From the NCBI GenBank assembly GCA_036834865.1, contig DAITNC010000002.1:1-63021 (forward strand): a DNA stretch of 63,021 bases, read 5' to 3'. The notes under the pieces were generated by a model. That model saw only the letters and a program-made list of their open reading frames with translations. It was not told the origin of the DNA and did no database searches. The stretch comes from Candidatus Limnocylindrales bacterium. GTDB lineage: Bacteria > Chloroflexota > Limnocylindria > Limnocylindrales > CSP1-4. Made by a program: the position numbers and the translations under genes. Below, piece by piece: positions 1 through 8,591 of the stretch (positions are counted from its first letter, which is position 1; each line of letters starts with the position of its first letter).

Positions 1-767
1 CTCATGGTCATGCCGTCGGCGAGCGAGGCGATCTCGCGGACGATCTCCGGCACGCTGCGGTCGGCCTGGCCGGGCTCGCGGAGCTTGATGAACCAGGCGT
101 TCTCCGCGAACCGGCAGGCATCGAGGAACAGCGGGACGCCGAACCGGTCGCAGAGCGCCCGCACCCCGCGCAGGTTCTCCAGGCTGACCGGCTGGCCGCC
201 GCCCGAGTTGTTGGTGATCGTGACGAAGACGGCCGGCACATCGGCGCTCCGCGCCGCGAGCAGCTTCTCGAGCCCGACGAGGTCCATGTTGCCCTTGAAG
301 GGATGCTCGACCTCCGGGTGGCGGCCTTCCTCGATCACGAGGTCGACAGCCTCCGCGCCGGTAGCCTCGACGTTCGCCCGCGTCGTGTCGAAGTGGGTGT
401 TGTTCGGGATGACCTTCCCGGGGCCGCCGATCACCGAGAACAGGATCTTCTCGGCGGCGCGTCCCTGGTGGGTCGGGATGACGTGGGGGAATGGGAACAG
501 CTCCTGCACGGCGGCCAGGAAGACGTACCACGACGGCGAGCCCGCGTACGACTCGTCACCGTGCTGCACGGCTGCCCACTGGTCCCGGCTCATCGCGCCG
601 GTCCCCGAATCGGTGAGCAGGTCCACCAGGACGTCGTCCGCGTGGAGGTTGAAGAGATTCAGCCCGGCCGCCTCGATCGCGGCGCGCCGCTCGTCCCGGG
701 TGGTCATCCGGATCGGCTCGACGGAGTGGATCCGGAACGGTTCGATGATCGTCTGCCAGCGGTCCAT
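1..767 (-). CDS. tnaA: Tryptophanase / tyrosine phenol-lyase family beta-eliminating lyase (N-terminal ~255 aa; 3-prime end beyond window start)
   Basis: Absent from the ORF track because there is no in-window stop. Manual reverse translation from ATG at 767 gives MDRWQTIIEPFRIHSVEPIRMTTRDERRAAIEAAGLNLFNLHADDVLVDLLTDSGTGAMSRDQWAAV..IPTHQGRAAEKILF..FDTTRANVE..HPFKGNMDL..TITNNSGGGQPVSLENL..LDACRFAENAWFIK. This follows the E. coli TnaA N-terminus motif by motif. Plus-strand ORFs 4..933 and 303..956 are antisense shadows. Confidence 0.8.
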   Translation of the reverse strand, partial: MDRWQTIIEPFRIHSVEPIRMTTRDERRAAIEAAGLNLFNLHADDVLVDLLTDSGTGAMSRDQWAAVQHGDESYAGSPSWYVFLAAVQELFPFPHVIPTHQGRAAEKILFSVIGGPGKVIPNNTHFDTTRANVEATGAEAVDLVIEEGRHPEVEHPFKGNMDLVGLEKLLAARSADVPAVFVTITNNSGGGQPVSLENLRGVRALCDRFGVPLFLDACRFAENAWFIKLREPGQADRSVPEIVREIASLADGMTM

Positions 768-814
768 GTCGCGGACGATACGCCCCGGGGCGGGCTTCGG
801 CGGGCCGCTCCCGG

Positions 815-2173
815 TCAGTCCCTGCGACCGCGCTTCAGCTCCGCCACGTCGAAGGCGGCGGTCGCGGACGACCAGTTCGGGGAGACCTCCACGCGCGTCG
901 CGAGGATCAGCCTGGTCATCCCCGACACGCTGAAGAGGAGCGCGAAGGCGGGATAGCCCAGGGGCAGGATGGCGAGCAGGAGGCCCGACGATGTCTGCCC
1001 GATCGTCAGCCCGGCCGCGCTCCGGGCGACGAACGCCCCCTGGGCGCCGATCAGGTCCACGCCGCCGGTGAGGCGCAGGAGCCGCTCGTTCGCGGCGAGC
1101 GTTCCTGCCGAGGCACCCGACGACGCCATCGCGGCCACGACGCAGAGGACCAGCCAGGCCACGGGATTCCCCGGGAACGCGAGCAGCCCCAGGATCATCG
1201 AACCGCCGCGCAGCGCGAACGAGAGGCGCAACGTGCGCGAGGCGGAGCCTCGGTTGAGCCAGCCGCCAACGATGGTCGCGGAGACGAGCGACGCCCCCGA
1301 CCCGATCGCGGAGAGCAGGATCGCGAAGCCGGGCGGGAGGTGCAGGACGCTGATGCTGTAGATCGAGAGGTACGGGCCCATGCCGGCCCCGAACGCGGCG
1401 ATCGCGACGGCACGGATGAACCGGTCCGTCTCCGGTCGGCGTGGCGGGGCCTCTCCGCGGGGCGCGACGTGGACGCGGCCGGGAAGGTCCAGGCGGCGAA
1501 GCACTCCCAGCTCAGCGATCCCGAAGACGCCGGCGACCCCGAAGACGACCGCGTAGACGAGAAGGCCGATCGTGCCCAGCCCGGCCTGCACGATGATCGC
1601 GACGGGCAGGAGCAGGAACGCGCCCAGGCCCTGGGTGATCCCCATCACGCGCGGCGCGACGAAGCGCCGCTCCGCCTCCGGGAGGATCGCGCCGTACCAG
1701 GCCAGGAGGTTGGCCCCGCCGATCGAGGAGGCGGCTCCGGCCAGGCTCATCACCGCCGCGATCGCGACGATGGCGACCGGCGATGGGATCACATGGAACT
1801 CGTGCAGGATCACGACGCAGGCCAGCACGAACCCACGCGTCTCGCCGACGGCGAGGATGCCGAGCGTCACCAGGCGCAGGTTGCCGTTCGTGCGCCGCAG
1901 GAGCGAGGGGACCAGGAGCTGCGCCGAGCTGAAGGCGAACGGCAGGACGCCGATCACGGTGGCGGCCGCCGCGGGCGTTCCCAGCGCCAGCAGGAGCGGG
2001 ATGGTGAGGCCGTCGCCGGCCAGCGCAAAGACGGCGGCCGCGGTCCCGCCGATCCCCTGGAACGTGCGGTACCGCGGCCCGCCGAATGCTCGCCACTCGT
2101 CGAAGGACGTGCGGGGACCGACGGCGATGCGGGGACTGGGCAGGTGGGCTCGGAGGCGGCGGGCCGGAGGCAC
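815..2173 (-). CDS. Polytopic membrane transporter, MFS-like
   Basis: 452-aa ORF with GTG start at 2173. About 12 hydrophobic G/A/L/V-rich helices with a central charged loop (RRLDLPGRVHVAPRGEAPPRRPETDR), as in 6+6 MFS proteins. It ends 47 nt upstream of the tnaA-like start on the same strand. The family call rests on architecture only. Confidence 0.6.
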   Translation of the reverse strand: MPPARRLRAHLPSPRIAVGPRTSFDEWRAFGGPRYRTFQGIGGTAAAVFALAGDGLTIPLLLALGTPAAAATVIGVLPFAFSSAQLLVPSLLRRTNGNLRLVTLGILAVGETRGFVLACVVILHEFHVIPSPVAIVAIAAVMSLAGAASSIGGANLLAWYGAILPEAERRFVAPRVMGITQGLGAFLLLPVAIIVQAGLGTIGLLVYAVVFGVAGVFGIAELGVLRRLDLPGRVHVAPRGEAPPRRPETDRFIRAVAIAAFGAGMGPYLSIYSISVLHLPPGFAILLSAIGSGASLVSATIVGGWLNRGSASRTLRLSFALRGGSMILGLLAFPGNPVAWLVLCVVAAMASSGASAGTLAANERLLRLTGGVDLIGAQGAFVARSAAGLTIGQTSSGLLLAILPLGYPAFALLFSVSGMTRLILATRVEVSPNWSSATAAFDVAELKRGRRD

Positions 2174-2217
2174 GGGCCAATGGTAGCCCGGCCGGACGGC
2201 CGTCCCGGAGGCGCCGC

Positions 2218-2601
2218 TCAGTCGATCGTGATGGTCAGGCCGCTGCCGTCTTCGTCCCGGATGTCGATGATCGGGCCGCGGATGCCCGTCCGGAGTGCTT
2301 CACGCACCCGGTCGGCATAGCCGCTGGGGATCCCCGGCAGCGAGCCCGCAAGGCCGGCCAGGACGCCCGGCACCTGGAGGTCCACCACCACGCGCCCGTT
2401 CTCGCGGACCTGGACGCGGATCCGCGAGGGCGTGCCCGTCCCGCCGGCCTCGGCCGCCGGTTCGTCCCGGGCGCCCTGCGCGCGCTCGCTGGGCGCCCGC
2501 TCACGGGCACCCAGGGCATCCAGGATGGGGGCCGCTTCGGCCGGGCTGAGGCGCCCGTCCGCGACCATCTGCAGGACGTGCCCGATCGCGTCAGCCACCA
2601 C
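2218..2601 (-). CDS. Hypothetical protein, third gene of the DUF2089/DUF4097 operon (SHOCT-like helix plus beta-rich C-terminus)
   Basis: In-frame GTG GTG at 2601/2598 overlaps the stop (2591-2593) of the upstream gene. The rest of ORF 2218..2901 is that gene's shadow. Product: VVADAIGHVLQMVADGRLSPAEAAPILDALG.., an acidic/Gly linker, then RIRVQVRENGRVVVDLQVPG..IIDIRDEDGSGLTITID. The start choice is uncertain. Confidence 0.55.
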   Translation of the reverse strand: MVADAIGHVLQMVADGRLSPAEAAPILDALGARERAPSERAQGARDEPAAEAGGTGTPSRIRVQVRENGRVVVDLQVPGVLAGLAGSLPGIPSGYADRVREALRTGIRGPIIDIRDEDGSGLTITID

Positions 2602-3559
2602 GGAGGTCCTCCGCGCCGAGCTGCCGCTCCGCCTCGGCCACGTCGATCTCCCCGCGGGCGAGCGATTCCAGGACGGCCAGCGTGCCGGACGGATCCGCGG
2701 CGGCCCGGCCGGTGACCGGGACAGCCGGGGCTGCGGCCGGCTCCGTTCGGACCCGCCCGGAGCGGACCTCGATGTCCCCGGACAGCGTGCGGACCGCGAG
2801 CTGCGCGGCGCCGTCGCCGATGACGAGGGGGTCTCGCCGCCCGCTGCCGGCGCGCCGGTCCGGGTGGGCGCAGTCGATGTCGCCCGAGACGGTCCGGGCA
2901 TCGATCGTGACGCCGCCCTGCACCGCGAGCTCCACGTCGCCGGACGTCGTGCTCACCACGTGGTCGCCGCCGGGCGCGAAGACGCCGGCGATCTCCACGT
3001 CGCCGCTCACGGTGATGATGCTGGTCCGGTCGGTCCGCGGCGCGTCGATCTCGACGTCACCGCTGATGGTCCGGACGGTCGCCGTGATCGGGGCCGCGGC
3101 GACTGCCCGGAGCGACCCGGACGCAGACTCCACGCGGAGATCGCCGCCGCCTCCCCGGACGGAGACGTCGCCGCTCACGGTTCGGATCGCCACCGAGCCG
3201 GTCACGTCCCGCACGCTCACGTCGCCGGAGCGCGCGCTGATCTCGAGGTGGGCGTCCCGCGGGACTTCCAGCTCAAGGGTGCCGCCGCCCACCTCGAGCC
3301 CAAAGGCGCCGCGGCTGCCGAGCCGGAAGCCGAAGACACGCCCGCGAATTGGCTGCCCGAGGCGGACGGAGTAGCGGCCGGGCTCGGTCGCCACCTCGAT
3401 TGCGGGATGGTCCGCGGACGGGGAAACGAGTCGGACGGTCGTGCCGTCCACCCCGCGCACCCGGACATCGTCCGCATCGACGGCGACGATGACGGACCCG
3501 CCCGGCCCGATGTCATGCTCGCGGGCCAGGGAGCCCGCAGCGGCCTGCTCGTCGTGCAT
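2591..3559 (-). CDS. DUF4097 (putative adhesin / YvlB-LiaG-like beta-helix) domain protein
   Basis: 322 aa with reiterated strand modules SGDVSVR, SGDVSVRGG, SGDVEID, SGDVEIAG, SGDVELAV, SGDIDC and SGDIEVRSG, typical of DUF4097. C-terminal SHOCT-like helix LAVLESLARGEIDVAEAERQL. Starts 4 nt after the DUF2089 gene stop. Confidence 0.8.
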   Translation of the reverse strand: MHDEQAAAGSLAREHDIGPGGSVIVAVDADDVRVRGVDGTTVRLVSPSADHPAIEVATEPGRYSVRLGQPIRGRVFGFRLGSRGAFGLEVGGGTLELEVPRDAHLEISARSGDVSVRDVTGSVAIRTVSGDVSVRGGGGDLRVESASGSLRAVAAAPITATVRTISGDVEIDAPRTDRTSIITVSGDVEIAGVFAPGGDHVVSTTSGDVELAVQGGVTIDARTVSGDIDCAHPDRRAGSGRRDPLVIGDGAAQLAVRTLSGDIEVRSGRVRTEPAAAPAVPVTGRAAADPSGTLAVLESLARGEIDVAEAERQLGAEDLRGG

Positions 3560-3562
3560 CGG

Positions 3563-4009
3563 TCAGCCTCCAATCGCCCGGAGCTCGACCGCCGCCGAGG
3601 CCGCGTCGATCTCGTGGCGGGCCAGTCGTTCCAGGACCTCGCGTCGTGCCGCGGCCAGGTCAAGTGCCTTCGCGGCGGCATTCGCCTGACCGGAGGCGTC
3701 GCTCGGACCGGGCTCCGGCGGTTCATCGTCGAGCGTCGTGCCGTCGCCGAGCCCCAGGGCGCGCAGGAGCGCCTCCACCCGGGCGCGGACGGTGGGGTAG
3801 GAGATGCCCAGCTCGCGTTCCATCTCCTTGAGGTTGCCCTTCGACCGGAGGAAGCTCTCCAGCAGGGCGAACTGCTCGCGCGAGAGGCGCGCGAACCGGC
3901 CCACGTTGAAGTCGCCCTCGAGCGTCGTCGCGCAGGATCGGCAGTGGAGCCGGGTGACCGCCAGCTCGCCGCCGCAGATCGGGCAGGTCGCGATCGCGTC
4001 GTGCGGCAT
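3563..4009 (-). CDS. DUF2089 family protein (zinc ribbon + HTH, putative transcriptional regulator)
   Basis: 148 aa. N-terminal CPICGGEL..CRSC zinc ribbon followed by an HTH-like segment NLKEMERELGISYPTVRARVEALL, which is the DUF2089 layout. Confidence 0.8.
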   Translation of the reverse strand: MPHDAIATCPICGGELAVTRLHCRSCATTLEGDFNVGRFARLSREQFALLESFLRSKGNLKEMERELGISYPTVRARVEALLRALGLGDGTTLDDEPPEPGPSDASGQANAAAKALDLAAARREVLERLARHEIDAASAAVELRAIGG

Positions 4010-4170
4010 CAGGCGCGCCCCTTCCCGTCGCGGCGTCCCCGAGTGCGCTGCTCCGGCCGAAGGCAGCCGTCGCGGCGTCGACGTTCGGCAGCTTCGGCGC
4101 GGGTGGTCGGGTCGTGCTGGATCTCGCGTGTGCCAACCCTGGGGATGAGGAGCTGGTAGTAGTCGTACAT
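4009..4170 (-). CDS. Small Arg-rich ORF (53 aa) translationally coupled to the DUF2089 gene
   Basis: ATG at 4170 is preceded by GGAGG with a 5-nt spacer (ggaggcacggATG on the minus strand). Its TGA overlaps the DUF2089 ATG (ATGA at 4009-4012 read on the minus strand). About 43 of 53 codons end in G/C, close to the local coding bias. Product: [53 protein letters not shown]. No family recognised. Confidence 0.4.
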   Translation of the reverse strand: MYDYYQLLIPRVGTREIQHDPTTRAEAAERRRRDGCLRPEQRTRGRRDGKGRA

Positions 4171-4210
4171 CCGTGCCTCCGGGTGCATCACGGCACCATG
4201 CGTTGAATGC

Positions 4211-4240
4211 ATATTGCGCAGGTTGTTATCACTTTGTCAA
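4211..4240 (-). promoter_or_regulatory. Candidate sigma70-type promoter for the small-ORF/DUF2089 operon
   Basis: The minus strand reads TTGACA (4240-4235), an 18-nt spacer, then CAATAT (4216-4211). It lies inside the only clearly AT-rich patch of the window, about 40 nt upstream of the GGAGG/ATG at 4170. Confidence 0.35.
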
Positions 4241-4351
4241 GTCGTCTTTCTATATATGAATGGTGTAGGTGCAATGCCGTGCGCGAGTACGACCGTCGCC
4301 CGCGGCGATGCGTGGCGTGTCGAAGCGGCTCGCGGACGTTACGATCCCGCC

Positions 4352-6433
4352 ATGGTCACGAACCGGCTCGCCGGGGAGACGAGCCCATACCTGCTCCAGC
4401 ACGCGCACAACCCCGTGGACTGGTATCCCTGGGGCGCGGAAGCGCTGGCAACGGCGCGCGCCGAGGATCGCCCGATCTTCCTCTCCATCGGGTACGCGGC
4501 CTGCCACTGGTGCCATGTCATGGAGCGCGAGTCGTTCGAGGACCCGGTGACGGCGGCCTACCTCAACGCGAACTTCGTGAGCATCAAGGTGGACCGCGAG
4601 GAGCGACCGGACCTGGACGCGATCTACATGGGTGCGGTCCAGGCCCTGACGGGCTCGGGCGGCTGGCCGATGAGCGTCTTCCTGACGCCCGACGGCCGGC
4701 CATTCCATGGCGGGACCTACTTCCCGAACACGCGACGCCACGGCCTGCCGTCATTCCGCGACGTCCTCGAGGCCGTCGCCGGCGGGTGGCGCGAGCGGCG
4801 CGACGAGGTCGAGCGGGCTGGGACGCGGCTGGCATCGCGGCTCGCGCCGACCGTCCGCCTTGGGGATGGTCCGGCGCCGCAGGACGCCGCCGTCCTCGAC
4901 GGGGCGGTCTCGGCCCTCGTGGCCGGCTTCGATGGCGCGCACGGCGGCTGGGGGACGCCGATGAAGTTCCCGCAGCCGATGGCGCTCGAGTTCCTGCTCC
5001 GGCGCGCGGCGGCAGGCGACGAACGGGCACTCCCGCTCGCGCGCCGAACGCTGGACCTGATGGCGGCCGGCGGGATCCACGACCAGCTGGGCGGCGGCTT
5101 CAGCCGCTATGCGACGGAGCCCACCTGGCTCGTGCCCCACTTCGAGAAGATGCTGTCGGACAACGCCCTGCTCGCACGCGTGTACCTCCACGCGTGGCAG
5201 CTGACGCGCGAGCCGGCCTACCTGGCCGTCGCCTGCTCCACGCTGGACTTCGTGGCGCGCGAGCTGACCCTGCCCGACGGGATCTTCGCGACCAGCCTGG
5301 ACGCCGACACGGACGGGGTGGAGGGCGCGACCTACACGTGGTCCGCCGGCGAGATACGCGAGGCGCTGGTGGCGGCGGGCCGTGATGCCGACGCGGAGCT
5401 GTTCGCGGCAGCGTACGACGTGACCCCCACCGGCAACTGGGAGGGGCGCACGATCCTCAGGCGGATCTCGTCGGACGCCGTGCTGGCCGCGCGTACCGGA
5501 CTCCCCGAAGCCGACGTCGCGGCCCGCCTGGCGGCGGCGCGCTCCGCGCTCCTGGCCGCGCGGGCCGGACGGGCCCAACCGGCCCGGGACGACAAGGCGC
5601 TCGCCGGCTGGAACGGGCTGATGCTGGCCGCCTTCGCGAATGCGGCCGCGGCGCTTGCCCGCTCGCCCGACGCGACGCTCGCCGCCGCGGGGACCCGGTA
5701 CCGCGAGATCGCGGAGCGCGCCGCCGAACGGCTCCTCGCGGTCCTGCCCGATGCACGCGGCCGGCTGCGGCGATCCTGGAAGGACGGGCAGGCGCGACAC
5801 TCGGGCGGCCTGGAGGATCATTCCTGCCTGGCCGATGGCCTGCTCGCGCTCTACGAAGCCACGGGGAACGAGGGCTGGTACACGGCGGCGCGTGACCTGG
5901 CGGAGACGGTCCTCGCACGCTTCTCGGACCTGGCCGGGGGGTTCTTCGACACGGCCGACGACGCGGAGGAACTGATCGCCCGACCACGCTCGCTGGAGGA
6001 CAACGCGCTGCCGTCCGGCAACGCGATGGCGGCCGTCGTGCTCCTGCGACTGGCCGCGCTCACCGGCGAGGGGCGCTACACGGACGCGGCCGAACATGCC
6101 CTGGGACTCGTGGGGACGGCGCCGGCTCGCTACCCGACAACGTTCGCGCAATGGCTGCTCGCGCTCGACTGGCGGGTGGGCCCCGTCGACGAGATCGCCC
6201 TCGTCGGCGCGCCGGACGACCCCCGGATGGGGCGCCTGCTCGACGTCGCTCGCGCGGGCTATCGGCCGCGCCAGGTGATCGCCGTCGCCCCGGACCCGAT
6301 CGCGAGCGCCGTGCCGCTCCTCCAGGCCCGATTCGCGCTCCGCGGCCAGCCGACCGCGTTCGTCTGCCGGGGCTTTGCCTGCCGGCAGCCCGTGACCGAG
6401 CCGGAGTCGCTCGCGGCGCTGCTGGCGGGCTGA
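4352..6433 (+). CDS. Thioredoxin-domain protein, DUF255 / YyaL family (thioredoxin-like N-domain + six-hairpin glycosidase-like domain)
   Basis: [72 protein letters not shown] is the canonical DUF255 N-terminus. A long alpha-helical C-terminal region follows. Start is set at ATG 4352, because the first 46 codons of ORF 4214.. lie in the AT-rich promoter patch. Confidence 0.85.
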   Translation: MVTNRLAGETSPYLLQHAHNPVDWYPWGAEALATARAEDRPIFLSIGYAACHWCHVMERESFEDPVTAAYLNANFVSIKVDREERPDLDAIYMGAVQALTGSGGWPMSVFLTPDGRPFHGGTYFPNTRRHGLPSFRDVLEAVAGGWRERRDEVERAGTRLASRLAPTVRLGDGPAPQDAAVLDGAVSALVAGFDGAHGGWGTPMKFPQPMALEFLLRRAAAGDERALPLARRTLDLMAAGGIHDQLGGGFSRYATEPTWLVPHFEKMLSDNALLARVYLHAWQLTREPAYLAVACSTLDFVARELTLPDGIFATSLDADTDGVEGATYTWSAGEIREALVAAGRDADAELFAAAYDVTPTGNWEGRTILRRISSDAVLAARTGLPEADVAARLAAARSALLAARAGRAQPARDDKALAGWNGLMLAAFANAAAALARSPDATLAAAGTRYREIAERAAERLLAVLPDARGRLRRSWKDGQARHSGGLEDHSCLADGLLALYEATGNEGWYTAARDLAETVLARFSDLAGGFFDTADDAEELIARPRSLEDNALPSGNAMAAVVLLRLAALTGEGRYTDAAEHALGLVGTAPARYPTTFAQWLLALDWRVGPVDEIALVGAPDDPRMGRLLDVARAGYRPRQVIAVAPDPIASAVPLLQARFALRGQPTAFVCRGFACRQPVTEPESLAALLAG

Positions 6434-6443
6434 CTTGCCCGGA

Positions 6444-6626
6444 TCAGGCGGGCGGCGCGCCGTCCTTGCCGGCCGGGTCCCTCCGCAGCTCTCCGGCTTC
6501 CCTGCGGGCAGCCTTCACGCCCCGCCCCAGGACCTCCCCCCACTTCGGGAGCATCTTCGGGCCGCGCCAGACGAGCACGACGGCGAGGACGACGAGGAGG
6601 ACGACGATGGTGTCGAGTCCGAACAT
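6444..6626 (-). CDS. tatA: Twin-arginine translocase subunit TatA/E
   Basis: 60 aa: MFGLDTIVVLLVVLAVVLVWRGPKMLPKWGEVLGRGVKAARRE.. This shows an N-terminal TM helix, a hinge Gly-Pro-Lys and an amphipathic helix, at the typical TatA size. Confidence 0.8.
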   Translation of the reverse strand: MFGLDTIVVLLVVLAVVLVWRGPKMLPKWGEVLGRGVKAARREAGELRRDPAGKDGAPPA

Positions 6627-6635
6627 GCGCCCAGC

Positions 6636-7733
6636 CTACGTCGTCGCAGTCGGGCCGTCCACGCGGTGCGCGCGGTCCTCCGACTCCAGCCCGCCCGCCC
6701 CGCGCAGCCACTCGCGGACGTTCTGGCCCAGGTGCGGGACGAAGTAGCCGCCTTCCTGGAGCACCACGAGCCGGGCGCCGGTCGAGGCCACCCGGCGGCC
6801 GACCTCGTGGTAGGCGGCGGTCGTGAGCGCGAAGTCGCAGATCGGGTCACGCGCGTACGTGTCGATGCCGAGGCTGACCACCACCAGGCCGTCGTGCCGG
6901 CCGGCCAGCCAGTCGAGCGCCCGGTCCAGCGCCGCCAGGTAGGCCATGTCGTCGAGCCCGGGGGGCTGGGGCTGGTTGAACGTGGCCCCGGCGCCAGGAC
7001 CGGCGCCCGTCTCGTCGGCGTGACCGGCGAAGTACGGGTAGGCCCGTGCCGGGTCTCCGTGGATCGACGCGTACGCGACGTCGCCGCGCTCCCAGAAGAT
7101 CTCCTGCGTCCCGTTCCCGTGGTGGTAGTCGACGTCGAGGATCCCGACCCTTCCGGCACCCCGGCCCACCAGCCACTGCGTCGCGATCGCGGCGTTGTTG
7201 AGGTAGCAGTACCCGCCGAACAGGGCGCGCCCGGCATGGTGGCCCGGCGGGCGGCAGAGACCATAGGCGACCCGCTCGCCGGCGAGGATCGTGTCGGCCG
7301 CCGTGAGGGCCACGTCGACCGCGTCGCGCGTCGCCGCCCAGGACCCGGCCACGATCGGCGTGGTCGTGTCGAAGCCCCAGTAGCCGAAGCGGGCGCCGGC
7401 GTTCCGGGGCTCCCGCGAGGCGCCCAACTTCCCTCGGAGGCCCGGCCGATCGAACGTGTCGGCCAGCATCCCGTCGGCAGCGCCGCCGCCGGCCAGCCAT
7501 TCCGGCCAGGCCGACTCGAGGAAGCCCACAAGCCCGGGGTCGTGCACGGCCAGGATCGGGTCAAGCCCGTGGGCGACCGGTCCGGCGACCTCGAACGCGG
7601 GATCGGCCGCCAGGGCAGCGCGGATCGCCTCGGCCCGGCCGGTCACCTCCCAGGCGGGGATCCGCACGCCACCGGCGACCTCGAACGACGGGTCGTGGAG
7701 GAGGTGGGTCGGGGAGTAGATCACGCGCACCAC
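6636..7733 (-). CDS. Histone deacetylase-family amidohydrolase (acetylpolyamine/acetoin-utilisation AcuC-like)
   Basis: Motifs CRPPGHHA, GGYCYLNNAA, GILDVDYHHGNGTQEIF and SLGIDTY..D identify the Zn-dependent HDAC/arginase-fold family. Three in-frame GTGs (7733, 7730, 7724) are possible starts. The ORF-track start at 7976 is an upstream extension. Confidence 0.85.
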   Translation of the reverse strand: MVRVIYSPTHLLHDPSFEVAGGVRIPAWEVTGRAEAIRAALAADPAFEVAGPVAHGLDPILAVHDPGLVGFLESAWPEWLAGGGAADGMLADTFDRPGLRGKLGASREPRNAGARFGYWGFDTTTPIVAGSWAATRDAVDVALTAADTILAGERVAYGLCRPPGHHAGRALFGGYCYLNNAAIATQWLVGRGAGRVGILDVDYHHGNGTQEIFWERGDVAYASIHGDPARAYPYFAGHADETGAGPGAGATFNQPQPPGLDDMAYLAALDRALDWLAGRHDGLVVVSLGIDTYARDPICDFALTTAAYHEVGRRVASTGARLVVLQEGGYFVPHLGQNVREWLRGAGGLESEDRAHRVDGPTATT

Positions 7734-7855
7734 GCGAGCATAGCCGGGGATCGCCCGCGTGAATCGGGCCGGCGCATCGGCCGGGCAGGGCGTACGCTCG
7801 GCGTCGCCGGGCCGGCGAGAGGCCGCGACCGTGCGATGGGAGGCCGACGTTGGGG

Positions 7856-8524
7856 ATGCGCGTACCAGACCTGGGGTCGCTCCTCTCGGAAGTGCAGGCC
7901 AGGCGGATGGCCCTGGACGCCACCGGATCCTACTTCGTGACTGACATCGACGCGCCGCACGCGGAGGACTTCGCAAAGTCGCTCCTGCTCATGAGCATTC
8001 CCCGGCGCGGCCAGAAAGACCAGCCGATCACGATCTACATCAACTCCGGCGGCGGGTCCGTGGGCGACGGGCTCGCCATGATGGAGATGATCACCCGGAT
8101 GCGGCGCCGCTTCGACGTCCGGATCGACACCGCCGTCCTGGGCTACGCGTACTCGATGGGCGCCATCGTGAGCCAGGCCGGCGACCACCGCTCGATCGGC
8201 CGGTTTGGGACCCTGATGCTCCACTCCACCCAATGGATCCTCTCCGGCGAGGACGAGCGGATCTTCAAGGACTACCAGCAGCTCTCCGAGCACTACCAGC
8301 ACACCGTGGCGGACCTCTTCGCGCGCCGGACCGCCTACCGCGACTCGGGCTGGTGGCGACGCTTCATCTGGTCCGGGCGTGAGCGCTTCCTGGGGCCGGA
8401 AGAGTGCCTGGAGCTGGGGCTGGTGGACGAGATCCTCGAGCCGACCAACATGCCGACGGGGGCGCCGAAGCCCGAGCTCCCACAGGCCGAGGTCCCGAAG
8501 GCCGAGGTCCCGAAGGGACGGTAG
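7856..8524 (+). CDS. Divergent ClpP-like (peptidase S14 fold) protein
   Basis: PITIYINSGGGSV, GYAYSMGA (Ser) and TLMLHST (His) align with ClpP motifs YINSPGG, GQAASMGA and MIHQP. The C-terminal GRERFLGPEECLELGLVDEIL aligns with [21 protein letters not shown]. ATG at 7856; the ORF-track TTG is at 7850. Confidence 0.7.
   Translation: MRVPDLGSLLSEVQARRMALDATGSYFVTDIDAPHAEDFAKSLLLMSIPRRGQKDQPITIYINSGGGSVGDGLAMMEMITRMRRRFDVRIDTAVLGYAYSMGAIVSQAGDHRSIGRFGTLMLHSTQWILSGEDERIFKDYQQLSEHYQHTVADLFARRTAYRDSGWWRRFIWSGRERFLGPEECLELGLVDEILEPTNMPTGAPKPELPQAEVPKAEVPKGR
8486..8515 (+). repeat. 15-bp perfect tandem duplication in the ClpP-like C-terminal tail (AEVPK AEVPK)
   Basis: GCCGAGGTCCCGAAG occurs at 8486-8500 and again at 8501-8515, in frame. 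Confidence 0.9.
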
Positions 8525-8591
8525 CCGGAGCCGGCGCGTCCATTCAGAACGCCTGATCGGTTCCGTGCCCCGGGCCTATACTCGCGCTCCC

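Noticed and set aside
4214-4351. N-terminal 46-codon extension of the yyaL-like ORF ([19 protein letters not shown]..).
   Set aside because: It lies in the AT-rich promoter patch and has no coding bias. The DUF255 signature begins right after the ATG at 4352.
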